Positions 47,906 through 60,529 of a stretch of DNA of 64,000 nucleotides are shown here, piece by piece. This DNA comes from Paragordius varius (Eukaryota; Animalia; Nematomorpha), in NCBI GenBank assembly GCA_964247055.1, contig OZ176050.1, positions 2,170,001 through 2,234,000 of the forward strand, given 5' to 3'. The notes under the pieces were generated by a model. It was not told where the DNA came from. It saw only the letters and a program-made list of their open reading frames with translations, and did no database searches. Numbering within the stretch: the stretch's first letter is position 1; each line of letters begins with the position of its first letter. The position numbers were made by a program, and so were the translations under genes.

Positions 47906-49686
47906 ATGCATTCGTATTCGAAATCAATTTGGTCATTGATTGGAATTATTCTAGCAATTCATATTAGCTTGTATGCCGCGGGATCATTTTCCTCTCATAA
48001 ATTACGAGGTAAGTCATACACAACTTTTTTAGGGCATTTCATAATTAATTATTACCATAAAAATTTTATTTATCAAGCACGGTTTTTTGAAAATTGCATC
48101 CTATTTTTATTAATATAGCTATTAATTAAATTGTTATGCTTACGCAGTATTTAAACTGTGGGGGGTAGCAAAATATTTTTTGACATTTTTGCTATGGTAG
48201 AAACATGCTTTAACTATGGGGGAGGCGTAATAAAACAATAAATAAGCACGGCGTATAAAATGTAACTAACCTACCACTGTGTATTAAAGGTTGGGCAGAG
48301 GGTTTATTTTTTAATTTCTTTTTCGATTACAACAATTATTTTCTTGTCTAAACTAAAATTTTTCATTAAAAAACTAATTAATATTTTTATACAACTTGAA
48401 ATTATAATTTATATGCAAATAAATAAAACTAATAATCTAACAGGAAATTAAAAATTATGATAATAATTTTTATTTTTATCATTTCAATTAACTACCAATA
48501 AAAACTTTCCAATTTCACGGAAATTACACTTGAAATGATAAATTATTACTCTTTTAGAGGCAACCAACCAATCAAGTAGTTAAATGTCAAAATAGGAATA
48601 TATTAAATTGGTAAATAAATCAATCGCTACACCAAAATATTTTTTTAAGGGAGGGCACAGCAGCATTGTGTCAACACTACTTACCAATTCACAAATAACA
48701 TGGTGGAAATATTTAATAAAAATAAGTTGTCAAAATGTGCTTCTTAAACTGGAAGTGGATTTAGACACACACACCACTATTTTTATATATAAAGCATGAT
48801 ACAACAAATTGAGATTTTCATTTTTTTCAGCAGTAAATGATTTAACATTTTCGTATTTTACACAACAAAGTGACTGCTCGCCTGTAAACTATGATTGATT
48901 AAATGTTAATTTTTTTTGTGATGTGTGCTTTTAGGCAAATCTTGTTTTACATATTATTATACAGTCATTATTATACTAAAATTGGCTTCAATTAGGGAAT
49001 ATAAATATAGCTTTTGAATAAAGCGGTGTTTCAAACACCAATCTACATGTGCATATAATCAGCGATCGTGTGTTAACATAAGTAATTTTAATTAAAGCTA
49101 TTTCCAAATAATCTATAAAGAGAAAGTTTAATTAGAATAAAGCGTATTTTCCGTTTGTCTAGTTAAATTAATCTATCAAATCTTACTTACAAAAGTTAGT
49201 CTTTTGAACTAGCAATTTGTAAAATATTTAAATTATTGATGATTTTAACTTCAAAATAAAAGGCATTTAAAAAACATTTACAAATCAAAAGAATATATTT
49301 TCGATTCCACTAACATATTCTTTTATAATAAAACAGGTCTAGAAAATAAGGAAAAAAACTCAGCCGTACATCTCGCGAGAGTAAAACGCAGGGCTTACGC
49401 TCTCAAATGGACGGGATTGGGAAAACGAAATGAAGATTACCCTTATGCCGAATCCGATTTGGATGATCTTAACATTAATGGTAATCAGTACGGATTGCAA
49501 AGCAGAAATAATTGGGGTTGGATTACAGGAGGTGGATCTAGAATGCAAAACGATATTGTACCCTTCAATGATGGTGATTTAAACACTTATTACGGGAATG
49601 AAAAGCGAAGCCTTAACTTGGAACCACGGGCTGTCTTTAAATGGGCTGGACTGGGAAAACGTAGACGCCGCCGAAACGCCCAATAA
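47906..49686 (+). CDS. Neuropeptide precursor, allatostatin-A/buccalin type (150 aa, 2 exons)
   Basis: Exon 1 (47906-48008) encodes a signal peptide (MHSYSKSIWSLIGIILAIHISLYAAG). A phase-1 GTAAGT...ACAG intron spans 48009-49336. Exon 2 encodes KRR-AYALKWTGL-GKR and KR-SLNLEPRAVFKWAGL-GKRRRRR with an acidic spacer. Confidence 0.88.
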
Positions 49687-50053
49687 TAATTAAAGTTAAG
49701 CAAAAAAGCGTGGATCTACTTCCACATTATTTTATGTTCTCAGCTTTTTGATGTTTTGATTTATTATAACACTAATATTCTTAAATGTATTAATGTTCGG
49801 CGTTTTTATAACATGATTCCAAAAATAAATTATGTGTATAATTTGAGATAATTAGCAAAAACTCAATTGATAACTGTGAATTTAGCTAATCCATTAAAGC
49901 ACAATTTGAATATATGATTTGGTTGATTGATTTTAACCAGCGCGTGATGCTTTCATATCGTTATGTCATAAATTTGTGCTAAAATAATGAGAAGCAGGCT
50001 CATTTTCTGTATCCTAATTTTATTTTTATAGGTCCTTTGTTTATAATTTAAAC

Positions 50054-50258
50054 GAGGAGTGTACAAATGGCCTCGCGGTCCGCATTTTTGAATCTGAAAA
50101 AAAATCGGCCGGCCGGATTTGAAATATATGTGGATATATATGGGCATTCTTAAATAATTAATTAGATTTTAATAAAACTGTAAAATCAAACACAAACTAA
50201 TTCCGATAGTTCATTGCCAATAGATTTTTTTTCGCGGGCCGCATGTTGGACACCTCTG
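50054..50258 (+). mobile_element. hAT-type MITE, copy 3, with 8-bp target-site duplication
   Basis: Right end CGCGGGCCGCATGTTGGACACCTCTG; degenerate left end GAGGAGTGTACAAATGGCCTCGCGGTCCGC. ATTTAAAC is directly repeated at 50046-50053 and 50259-50266. Confidence 0.75.
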
Positions 50259-50422
50259 ATTTAAACTGTAATATAAGAAATCTATGACGCTTTTTTTTTA
50301 ATTTTGTCACAAATTTTTGTCCCAGAAAAATTTTAAAATCAAGATGAATCGTTAATCAATCTTGATTTATATTTAGTTATTTTGATACAGTGATTGAGAG
50401 AACTAATCTTTTACATAACACC

Positions 50423-51456
50423 TAACACTGTATGCAAAAAAGTTTTAACAAAAAACTTCTTTCTCACGAGATAGCTTATGACGAGCGAATTAATTTGCCG
50501 CAAAAATTTTTATTTGTTGACGACCTAGTTTTTGAAATATTGAGAGAAAATCAAAATTCGGCAAAAAGTGAAAATTTCGAATAATAAGTAAAAAAATAAA
50601 GATAAACCTTGAGAATTTATATCATTTTAGCAAATTACAATTTATAAATAGCGTAAAATCATATAGTTAGATTTTTATCACATAAAAAAATTGCGTTTTT
50701 CTTTTAGCATACTTAGAGGACAAAATTTTTTATGCTATATGAAAATAATTTTTTAAATACATACCCCTAAATTTACTATTAAAATCTTCAGATTCATATT
50801 TTATTCAGTAAATAAACTTTTACAGCAAAATAAAACTAAAAAAATTTTGTTTTTTATTTTATCACTCATATGGTTTATAAGTTTATAAAAAATTTACTGT
50901 TTTATTTTGGAATCCACATGAGCGGGAATTGCAAAGCACATAAATTAATACAAAATAGTTTACAAGTAGCGAATATCAACTTAAAATCCGTACGATTCCC
51001 AGTAACAGGTTTGCTTGACATAAATTTATATTTTACTGAGATTTGTACGGATTGTTGGTTATTCCACAACTTTTAAATCCTATTCCCGCTTACACTCACA
51101 AACCAGATCCAAAAAAATGAATAATAAAAAACAATATTTTTTTAGTTTGTTTTTGATATATAAACTTTTTTACTGAATAAAATATGAATGTTTTAAGAAT
51201 TGTGAGTTTAGCTAGTAAATTAAAATAAATATTTTAATATAGTTTCATAAAAATTTGTCTTTTCAACTTTTACCATTATTTATTTAATTTTTCTTAATTT
51301 TCACTTTTTGCCCAATTTCGATTTTCTCTCAATATTACAAAAAAACTAGGTCATCAACAAATTAAATTTTTTGTGGAAAATTAATTCGCTGGGCATAAGC
51401 TATCTTTAATAAAAAATTTTGTTAAAACAGATAACCCACTTTTTTCCACAGTGTTA
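50423..51456. mobile_element. Non-autonomous element with long inverted arms (Tc1/mariner-like ends)
   Basis: TAACACTGT...ACAGTGTTA termini. Arms about 50423-50865 and 51115-51456 are imperfect reverse complements (e.g. GATAGCTTATGACGAGCGAATTAATTT vs AAATTAATTCGCTGGGCATAAGCTATC) around a loop of about 250 bp. Confidence 0.8.
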
Positions 51457-51909
51457 TGAAAGGTCATTTAGTGAAATCTAATTTCTTCTATTCCTCGATG
51501 GGCTGTTAATTTGATTAAACAAATTAGCTTAATTTAAATGGTAGTTATCACATATTGTGTTAATGTTCATTGGCAGAATCTATGATTATTTATCTTGCTG
51601 AAGCATTATATCCTGTTTTGTATGAAGGTAAAGAACAGCATCGATGAATGTGTTGCTATTGCAGTCGAGGTCGCCTTTTTGCAATATTCTAAAAAAATTC
51701 TCCATAAATTGCGATTTTAGTTGAATTGCGCCAAGGTTACATATCCGCTTCTTACTTTTTTCTTACCGGTGTTAAAATATATTGTGCTTGGTAGCGATAT
51801 AGTTTTCAAAATAATTAGGCTTCACGTGTAAAATCTAACATATTAATAACAGGTAATTCGAAATAATCTAATTACCATTAAAACTTCAAAGCGCAGACAT
51901 ATTTTAGAT

Positions 51910-51970
51910 CAGTGATACTCAAAGCTCATGGGCCGGATGCAGCCCTAAAAGTGGTTTTCATGGCCCTGAA
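51910..51970 (+). mobile_element. Probable isolated 5' end of another hAT-type element
   Basis: CAGTGATACTCAAA...GGGCCGGATGCAGCCC resembles hAT/Charlie subterminal motifs. No matching right end found. Confidence 0.4.
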
Positions 51971-53489
51971 TTATTTATTAATTTTTTGATGTAATATTGA
52001 GTATAAATATCTGCGAACGTGTCAAACATATGAAATTTTTATCGCTATTATATGGTGCATGGCTCTTGAGACAAGATTAATATTTTTCGCAGACCTTTGA
52101 ATATTTTTGGTGAGTACTACTGTTTTAGAAAAAGATAATCCCAACCAGACACAAAAATTTGGGAATATATAGACAAAAATGTTTGCGCGTTTAGATAATG
52201 TATATATGATTGAGACAAAAATTCGATGGTTAACTTCATTTACAAATGAATAAACTGATCCAAACAGCGGATTATCAGTATTGTGGAAAAACTTTGCATA
52301 AAATATGGAATAAAAACCCAAATTAACCGAGATTTTTAACGACTATAAAAATAAATGATTCATGATATGTTTATTAATGATATAAACTAAAATATTAAAA
52401 TTTGTTCAATTTAATATTTTATGAATAAACTTATTTGATTTTTAATTCTTAATAAAACATGCACATGATTGAATTTGTAAATGAATGACTTGGCCAAACT
52501 TAAACTAGAATAGATCATGTTTTTCTTCAAATAGTATTTTTGTTGATTTTATCTTATATTATCGCAAATGAGTAGCTACACCTATAATGTAATAGTTTAA
52601 AAAAGATTATTAAAGCAAAATTGACTATTTATCAAAAAAGGCGACATTTTTTATTTTAAATTCGTATAAATGTATTATTGGACAGATAAGTTTATCTTAG
52701 AGACATTTATTTTTATGAAAGCCCACCATTCTTTTATGTCTAAAAAATTTAGCTCCTAGAAACATACAACGTGGTTTCTGATATTTACAAACAATGATAC
52801 ATGATAGGGATTAAAATGCAAAGATTCTATTTATTTGTAAATATTCACACGGATATAATTAAAAATTAAAGGGTGTCGATATGAAAGGCGGACCTTCAGC
52901 GTTTGACTTTTGTAACTCAAAATTGTTGGATTCCGCAGCGCCATTCAGTGCATTGTCCTGATATAAATATATAAAACACATTTTATTATAAATATTGATT
53001 AATTAATTTATACATGTAAAAATTATGGAAGCTATAATACGGAAAATTTACCTTAATTATTTATTATTTAATATTTGCCGATTTTTATAGCCTATTGTGG
53101 TTTTAGAGAACGTATTTGGATCATCTTAATTTCTCGCTTATAATCTTTATATAAATGGTAGTTATATCCATTTACACATCAAATTCATCTTCTAACATTT
53201 TTGAAAATTATGTATAATTATATTATACCTATGTTTTTTTATATTTTCAAAAAGAAATTTTCTATATAATTTTAACATAATGCATGAAAAATTATGCCAT
53301 AAATTACTGCATATTAATAAGGGGTTAGCCCAAAAATACAATGTGTTTACAGAGCGAATATAATTTTTTAAACTGTTTTTTTCTTTAATTGCTATCTAAA
53401 ATCATTAATCTCCTGCCTATTGTATTGAAATAAACGGAAAAATCGCAAAATATATATTGCTAAAAAATATATTTGTTTTCTTATCAGAG

Positions 53490-54608
53490 TATTGAGGTGT
53501 AGTCATATGTTTTATCGTTTTTTTTAAAAAAAATTATAGTAAATCAATTTTTTCTAAAATGCCCATCTCTCATAAATAAATCCAGTTCCGAAAAAACTCA
53601 TTAACTTTTGCGGCAAACAATTCGTCAGGCCATTTTAAAAATTTTAAATTAGGGCTGCTCTCGGAGGGCCTCTATTGACAAGTTGTTTTAGTCAGATGTG
53701 CCAGGTCAGGAGAGTTTTAAGTTTCGCCATCGAAGCGATATGTGCCTTTCACTGTTTTAGCTATGTGAGACGGAGCATGCAAAATCATTTTGCCCTGTTA
53801 TCTAACCGATTCCAGCGTTTTTCAAGTAATGTTTGGTTTAAAGTAATCTGTCAGCGATAGCATTGTGTATTAACGGTTTCACTGGGTGTTAGGTTCAAAA
53901 TACATTGTGTCGCTCTAGTCCCACCAGATATAGAGCATGGCCTTTTTGCCGAAGCCATTTGATATTGAGGGGTTGATGGACCGGATTGGCAAGGATAAAG
54001 CCACACTTTTTCCGCTTTGGATTTACAAAATAAAGTCATTTCGTCCCAATTTAATGCCGACATGATCAGTGACGTTGAATCAAGGTTTCACAAATCACTT
54101 TGATATTTTCTGCTTCGAATTGAATGCCATTTACCGAAATTATTGCGTTGCTCGTAGACATCTATTGATTGTTTTTTGTGATACAAGAAATGCTTCTGCC
54201 AATTGTTTTAAGTTTAAGTGAGGCCATCATCCAATAACTCTTTCACTTTAGTGTTCTTGCAGTTGCGTGGTCTATGCCAAAGCGCCCACCTCTTTCACAT
54301 GAAATCACAACTTGAAATATTGCGACACCATGTTTCAATTATAATCGATAGAGCATGTTCAACACATGTTTCTGCCAGCAAACCATAACTTTCATTACCT
54401 TTTTCTTCTGATGTCAATGCGCGCCGCAAATGTTCGTTTTCATGCACAAAATCAGAAATGATTACAGAATGATAATACGAGGCTAGTTTTTGGCAAACTT
54501 AACTTGTGTATGCTTGTCGACTGGGGGTCTATAACATAATCGTCTGCATACATTTAGCTGACTGCTTTGCTTCGTTAAACATGTGATGACTTATGACTAC
54601 TCCTGATA
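53490..54608 (-). mobile_element. Near full-length decayed mariner (Mos1-like) with both TIRs
   Basis: TIR-like TATTGAGGTGTAGTCATATG (53490-53509) and CTTATGACTACTCCTGATA (54590-54608). Minus-strand broken frames give FVHENEHLRRAL, QLAEAFLVSQKTINR, YFVNPKRKK, NGFGKKAMLYIWWD, ETVNTQCY, HAPSHIAK and SPDLA. Confidence 0.9.
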
Positions 54609-55644
54609 ATAGCGTGTGCTTAACACAATCTCAAAAAGTAGGGCTTTATTTAATAATTAGATAGTGCATTAAGATCGCATGACGCAAATTATTTATGAGC
54701 GCTCTTTATTTAATCTTATTATAAGGAGTGACCGTATATATAATTTTTTAGGGATTAACTGAAAATTCGTAAATTTGGAAGCGAAACGTGAGATTAATAC
54801 ACGGTAAAGAGATTAAAATAAAATTTCACACCTATAAAACAATTCCGAATCTGTTAATAAAATATATAACATAAATAATTCTTTAAAACAAAATACTTAA
54901 ATCATGATCGTAGTTTTGCTTGTTATATCGAATTTCATAGTAAATCATAAAAGAGAATTAATTAAAATAAAATCCTACATTAATAATAAAAATTAATGAC
55001 AAGCTTCATAAGAAATATCAAAATTAATTTATATTTTAGGGATTAATTAGCAATATATTAAATTAATATTAATATTATAATTAAATTATGCAAAAGATTA
55101 CATTGAATTTCAAAATCAACTATAAAATTAATTATTTTTGCATAATCCATACGTAATTAATTTAGGGTGCCTTAAATTTTTTGTGAATTCTATATGTTCA
55201 TTGATGGCAAACGAATATGTAAATGATAAAAAGCCCTAAATAAATATCAAGTTTATATGTGAATTTTTTTAATATTCATACAATTAATACAATGATGTGC
55301 ATTTTTCAGAATATTTTTATATATTAAATAAGAAAAAAGTGTTGTCCATCTAGATGAAAATATAAGAAAAGATACATATACTGACAATGAAATTTAAAAA
55401 CCGCATATTTTTTTAATATAATACAGTAAAAATTGATGTTATACAAAAAAACCAAAATTAAAAGATATATTTTTTAAAATAGACAATTATACTTTTAACC
55501 CTGACTCCTACATAAATTATTAAATATTTGATTAAACATTTAACTCAACGTGCAAACATTTATTTATTTCAACGGAGGTATATACGATAAATTAGGCCTA
55601 AAAAATGGCTGTCCTATTTAAAAAAATATCTATCTTTAAGCTTT

Positions 55645-58600
55645 TTACGTTTTGCATGTCAACTTCAAGTGTTAGTATAAATTAAAATACCTCCTCTTCC
55701 TGGACACCAAAATAGGTTTCTATAATTTGACAAGATTTTTCATAAATTTCATTGTTTGAGTGTGTTTGCAAATCTTCTAGTTTGTCCAAACCCTCGTGAG
55801 TTTCAATACAAATCACTAATTCTTCGAGTTGGTTCAGAGAATCGGAAACCTTTCAATGTTAATTGAACATGTTGAATTTTTATTAATCTTCAGTACTGAT
55901 TTTATAATGGCTTATGCTTACACATATTTTCCATAATTTATCAATATATTGGTATATTTTTATTTAAAATCGTCACAAACCTAGTGTTTTTTATACGAAA
56001 TTATTTATTTATATAAGCTTTTACCATTTTGATAGGTTCTAACAAAGTTATATATTGAGTTTTTTTCAAATATACAAAAATATAAGTTTTAAACGCATTT
56101 AATTTACAAGTTTATTAATCTAATAATTGAGTGATACAACTCATTTTTAAAAACATTTTAGTATCTAACCTCAATGTATATAAACTAAAAACCATTTTAT
56201 ATACTTTAAGTAGAGAAGTAAGCGTGAGTAATAAAGTGTGAAGCAATTTTAAATCCGTGTTCCGATCGAGCAAAAGACACAAAGCCGGAATGAAGTCATG
56301 TTTGAGTTGCAATAAAGCTTCCAAAAACTCAGTATATCCACTCAATCCAATGTTGGCAAAAACCCAGCCAGCTTCTCTTTTGCATTTATAATCACCCTGT
56401 GGTAAATGATATATTAATAATTAAACTGCAAAGGCTCTAACATGATAACATTAAGGTCCAATATTTATTGAGTTTTGTTTTGTGAGTGTTGTGAAAAATT
56501 ATTTAATTAAGTAATAGTTTAAATATGCCAAAGAATCAACGTGCGATTGGGCATTTATGATTAATTTAAAATATTTATTTATATTAGAAATCGGTTTATG
56601 CGATTATTTGGCTTTTTCCCATAGATTTAATTAATTAGTAATACTATGACAAATTTATAAATATTTTCTGATGTTTAAAGCATATGATTTATAGTCTGCA
56701 AGGGATAGACAGACAGAGTTAAACAAAAATTGTAGTTTATGAAACCAAAATTACCAAAGATATTTCTATTATAAAAAGATTATAATTCGCGTCGTTTTTA
56801 AACAATATATTTGCACATAATCGATTTAATATAATGTACTGCTATTTAAATGGTGTGTATGCAATAAACTAAAGTAAAACCTGAACAATGACATGACAAA
56901 GTGGAGGGATGAGATTATGCGTGAAAAGACTGGCTATTTGATTCTTGTCCCCGGCCGCAATGTTGGAAAGGAGCCAAGCCGTTTCTTTTACCAAACTGCG
57001 ACTCGGACTGGTCAGCAAATGTCCAAACAATTCCATAGCACCACTCTCTACAACTTGCTACAATCATTCAAATAAATTAAAGTATATTCGAGCAATTTCA
57101 AAAAAAATTAAAAAAAAATTTCTTTTTCCGCATCGTAAATTAGTAAACCATTTTATTTTATTATTGATATTGCTACAATTTGTCATTGATCAAAAAATAT
57201 ATAGTTTTATAAATGACTATTTTTATATTGTTCAGATCATATATGATAGAATTTAATGATGTTTTTAAAAATTAACAGAAAAAATTGTTGGTATGATTAT
57301 ATTGATTGAACTAATGATTCTTGTTATTTCTTATTGCCCTTTATTTATAATTTTATGACACAAATTCAATGGTAATTTATCTAAAGATAAAATGTACAAT
57401 ATCCTTGTGTTCCTATCTTTAATCTATCACCTATAACACAAATTTTACAAAAGATTAGTTATAACATTTTAAAAAACATCATTATGGATCATAATAAATA
57501 TTGTTCTCGTGTAAGACTTTGTACAAGCTTATATGCATCGATAAATATTGGAAGATAGAGAAAAAAGTATAAATTAAAATACTATTTTCATATAAAAACA
57601 ATTTTCTTTTTAAAAACCCTAGAGCAAATACCTCTAGGTAAATATTCTCAGTTTTAGGTTTTTTTACCAAGGCGGTCAATACTTTTTTTCATCATATCGA
57701 TTAAATATTTTCTGAAACTATTATACAAATTAAAATTTTTATTAATTAAATTCAAAAAAAATTTTATTTACTGATTGTAATTTAAATAATAACTATATGG
57801 TAATAATCAAAACAACACAAATAATCAGGGTATCTAAACACAACTAGGTTCGATCACAGAAAAGGAACGTTATCAAATGGTAATAAATAAATGAGTAAAT
57901 TATTATTTTTTGTTATTTAAATAAATATCTTTTGCCTATATCATATATAAAAATTTTCTTTAAACAGACACAGTTGTTTTAAGGTTTGTATGTAACCAAT
58001 ATCGATTTAACCTGATAAAAAATGTACAAAAAAGACCTGAGTATGTTGATTAGTGCCAGTGACAATGTTGCCGAGCGTTTTAAGAGCCGGATTGATGAGA
58101 CCATTATCAGGGGAGGCTAAGAGTTGAGCTAAGCGAGCAGTTATCCCAGGACAAGCTTTAAGCACTTCTTCAATGCGCTCATTCGGACCGTCAGTCAGGT
58201 AAGAAACGGCCCAACATGCATCCACTATACATTCCTTGTCTAAAAAAAATTATATATGATAATAATGCACACACCTATGTAATAGTAAATGTTGAAAAAA
58301 AAGAACATGTCAATCAAGAGTCATAATATTATAAATCCACGTAAAAAGAAACTTATTACGATTCTATTTCTCTATATCTCCGAGAAAGTTATGAAATATA
58401 GAGAAATTTGACCATTTGACAACCATTAGCATAAAATATTTATGCAGAAACATCATTTTAGAATGTTGACGCTTTATTAAGTTGTAACCTGATTGTATTT
58501 TTTAAACTTTATAGCATAAAACACTACAAAAACTTTATACTTGAATGATTGAGTAAGCGATAGATGTATGGTAAGGAAGCGCGGACAACCTCAATATTTG

Positions 58601-59390
58601 GCAAGGGTTCTTTGTTGCGACAAATGTTGGAAAAACACCAAGCGATGTTTTGCAAATATGTTAACTACATATAAAAAATTAACAATTACTGGTATGTCCA
58701 AATTCAAAATATCAAATAGTGTCGGCAAAAATTCAGTTTCCAAAACTTTCTCCCTACTCTTGGCGCTGTCTCCTATAAAACAATCATAGAAAAACTTTAC
58801 CGATTATATTTCCGATAGCCCATAAGGATTGTTCCGAGATATGTATATGTTGAGATTTTAATAACTTAACAATATTGGGTAAAGCCCCTGAATTAATCAC
58901 AACTTCCGTTTCATTACTATTACCAGAAGCAATATTTGTTAAGGCCCATAATGTTTCAAATTGAATCTCAGAGTTGGTGTTTGAAAGCAAATTTACCAAC
59001 AATGGAACAGCCCCAATATTTATGACTTGTTGAATTGGTGGATCTTCATTGCGTGACAATGTTTTACGAATAAAAAGAACACTTTGATATAAAAGGTCAT
59101 TATTTAAATTGTGCGCATTGCTTAAATTTTTAACCGCAGAATTTAAATCTTTAACCTAAAATTGTGTTAAAGAAAACTTCTATATCCTTATTTCCATATT
59201 TGTGTGGAGGCGAATTGGGTGCATTTTCAATCAATGTTCGTCTTTTATTAAGAGATTCAATCCGTTTTGATTTCCTAAGTTCGATTTCCGAATTTATCTT
59301 ATTTTTCTTCATATCCTAGTGATTAATAATAAGTTTTACTTCTGAATTCATATGATTATCTTTAAAATTTCGCAACCTTGTAGATTTCAT
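55645..59390 (-). CDS. KPNA: Importin subunit alpha (karyopherin alpha); last few codons uncertain
   Basis: IBB-like EIELRKSKRIESLNKRR; ARM repeats LSRNEDPPIQQVINIGAVP...IQFETLWALTNIASG, EQSLWAIGNI, DACWAVSYLTDGPNERI, PALKTLGNIVTG, KETAWLLSNIAAG (exon 56882-57058) and KREAGWVFAN; C-terminal EGLDKLEDLQTHSNNEIY. Confidence 0.96.
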
Positions 59391-60169
59391 TTTTAAAACG
59401 TGTGGGAAAATGAAGTGGATGAATATTATTAAATAACACACTGGGCCTGAAACATTAGGCTAATGGATAATTTAATAAATTGGTGTAAAAATATTGAAAT
59501 ATAATTCTGTTAAAAAATTTAAATTCTCATGGCGCTGGTGTTTTTCGTACGAGTATTTAAATATAAATTTTTTCACAGAGTTATACAATATTTTTTACAC
59601 CCTTTGTGGTAATTGCTCCATATCAAAAAATTCAATTGTGCACATTAATATAAAAAATTTTGGTGAAATAACAATTTCCAAATAAATTAAAAATAAGTAG
59701 AAAATATAACATATTTTAATTTTTATATGAAAAATGTGATCTTTAAAATTTGGGATTTTTGAACCCGTCTAAAAGGGCATGTTTTAACTAAAATAAACGT
59801 AAGATGGCCGAGATCATGGGATAATATTTTATCATGCTAAATGAATGCAATAATTTAATTTATAGTAAGGATGGTGCTTTAAAGCATGGTATCAGTTAAA
59901 CACATTAATATATTAATATAAATAAATCTCGTGAATTTTAATAGCGCTTGGGAAAAACGGATAAGCCTATTCCGATTCTAGTGAAAATTATTTAATCATT
60001 TATTTATACGTGGACAGTAAGTAAGCCGTTTTTAAATCCTGTGTTAATTTTTTTTAAATTTATTAAATTTTAAGCTCTGAGGCATAAATCTATTTCAAAA
60101 GGTGATGAAGTGTTAAAATTTATCAAAGAAGTTTTTATATCTTGGGGTGTTTTTTGCCGTTTGATATTA

Positions 60170-60495
60170 TGTTATATAATATGCAACAAAACATAACTCT
60201 ATTTTATAATTACGTTGCTATTCAATGCATACTTATAATACTTTTCTGTTATTAATATTTTACGTGACATGCTATATACTACGTGACAAGTTTTAGACTA
60301 CGTGACTGTTTTATAAATGCACACTCATCATTCTCAGAAATTTGTATATGAATGCACGATAAAAATATATAATAAGATCCGTATACATTTCTCGGAATTA
60401 AATATAACCTATATAAACAACAACTTCTTCAAGTCCATTGCATTACTGTGTTTTCCCATTATTGTGTTATAATAAATTATACCCAACTGATATTA
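60170..60495 (+). repeat. Putative 5' LTR of the Gypsy element
   Basis: Begins TGTTAT, contains TATAAA-like and AATAAA motifs, and ends just before the PBS. The 3' LTR is outside the window, so the boundaries are unverified. Confidence 0.4.
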
Positions 60496-60497
60496 TT

Positions 60498-60507
60498 TGG
60501 CGACGAG
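60498..60507 (+). promoter_or_regulatory. Primer-binding site TGGCGACGAG
   Basis: Complementary to a tRNA 3' end CTCGTCGCCA (tRNA-Ser(GCU)-like, from memory). Lies 23 nt upstream of the gag ATG. Confidence 0.75.
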
Positions 60508-60529
60508 AAAAAAAAAATTATTCTGCCTA

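Noticed and set aside
56893-57256. Plus-strand ORFs as a gene nested in importin-alpha
   Set aside because: The minus strand here encodes a bona fide ARM-repeat exon (KETAWLLSNIAAG), which explains the GC content.
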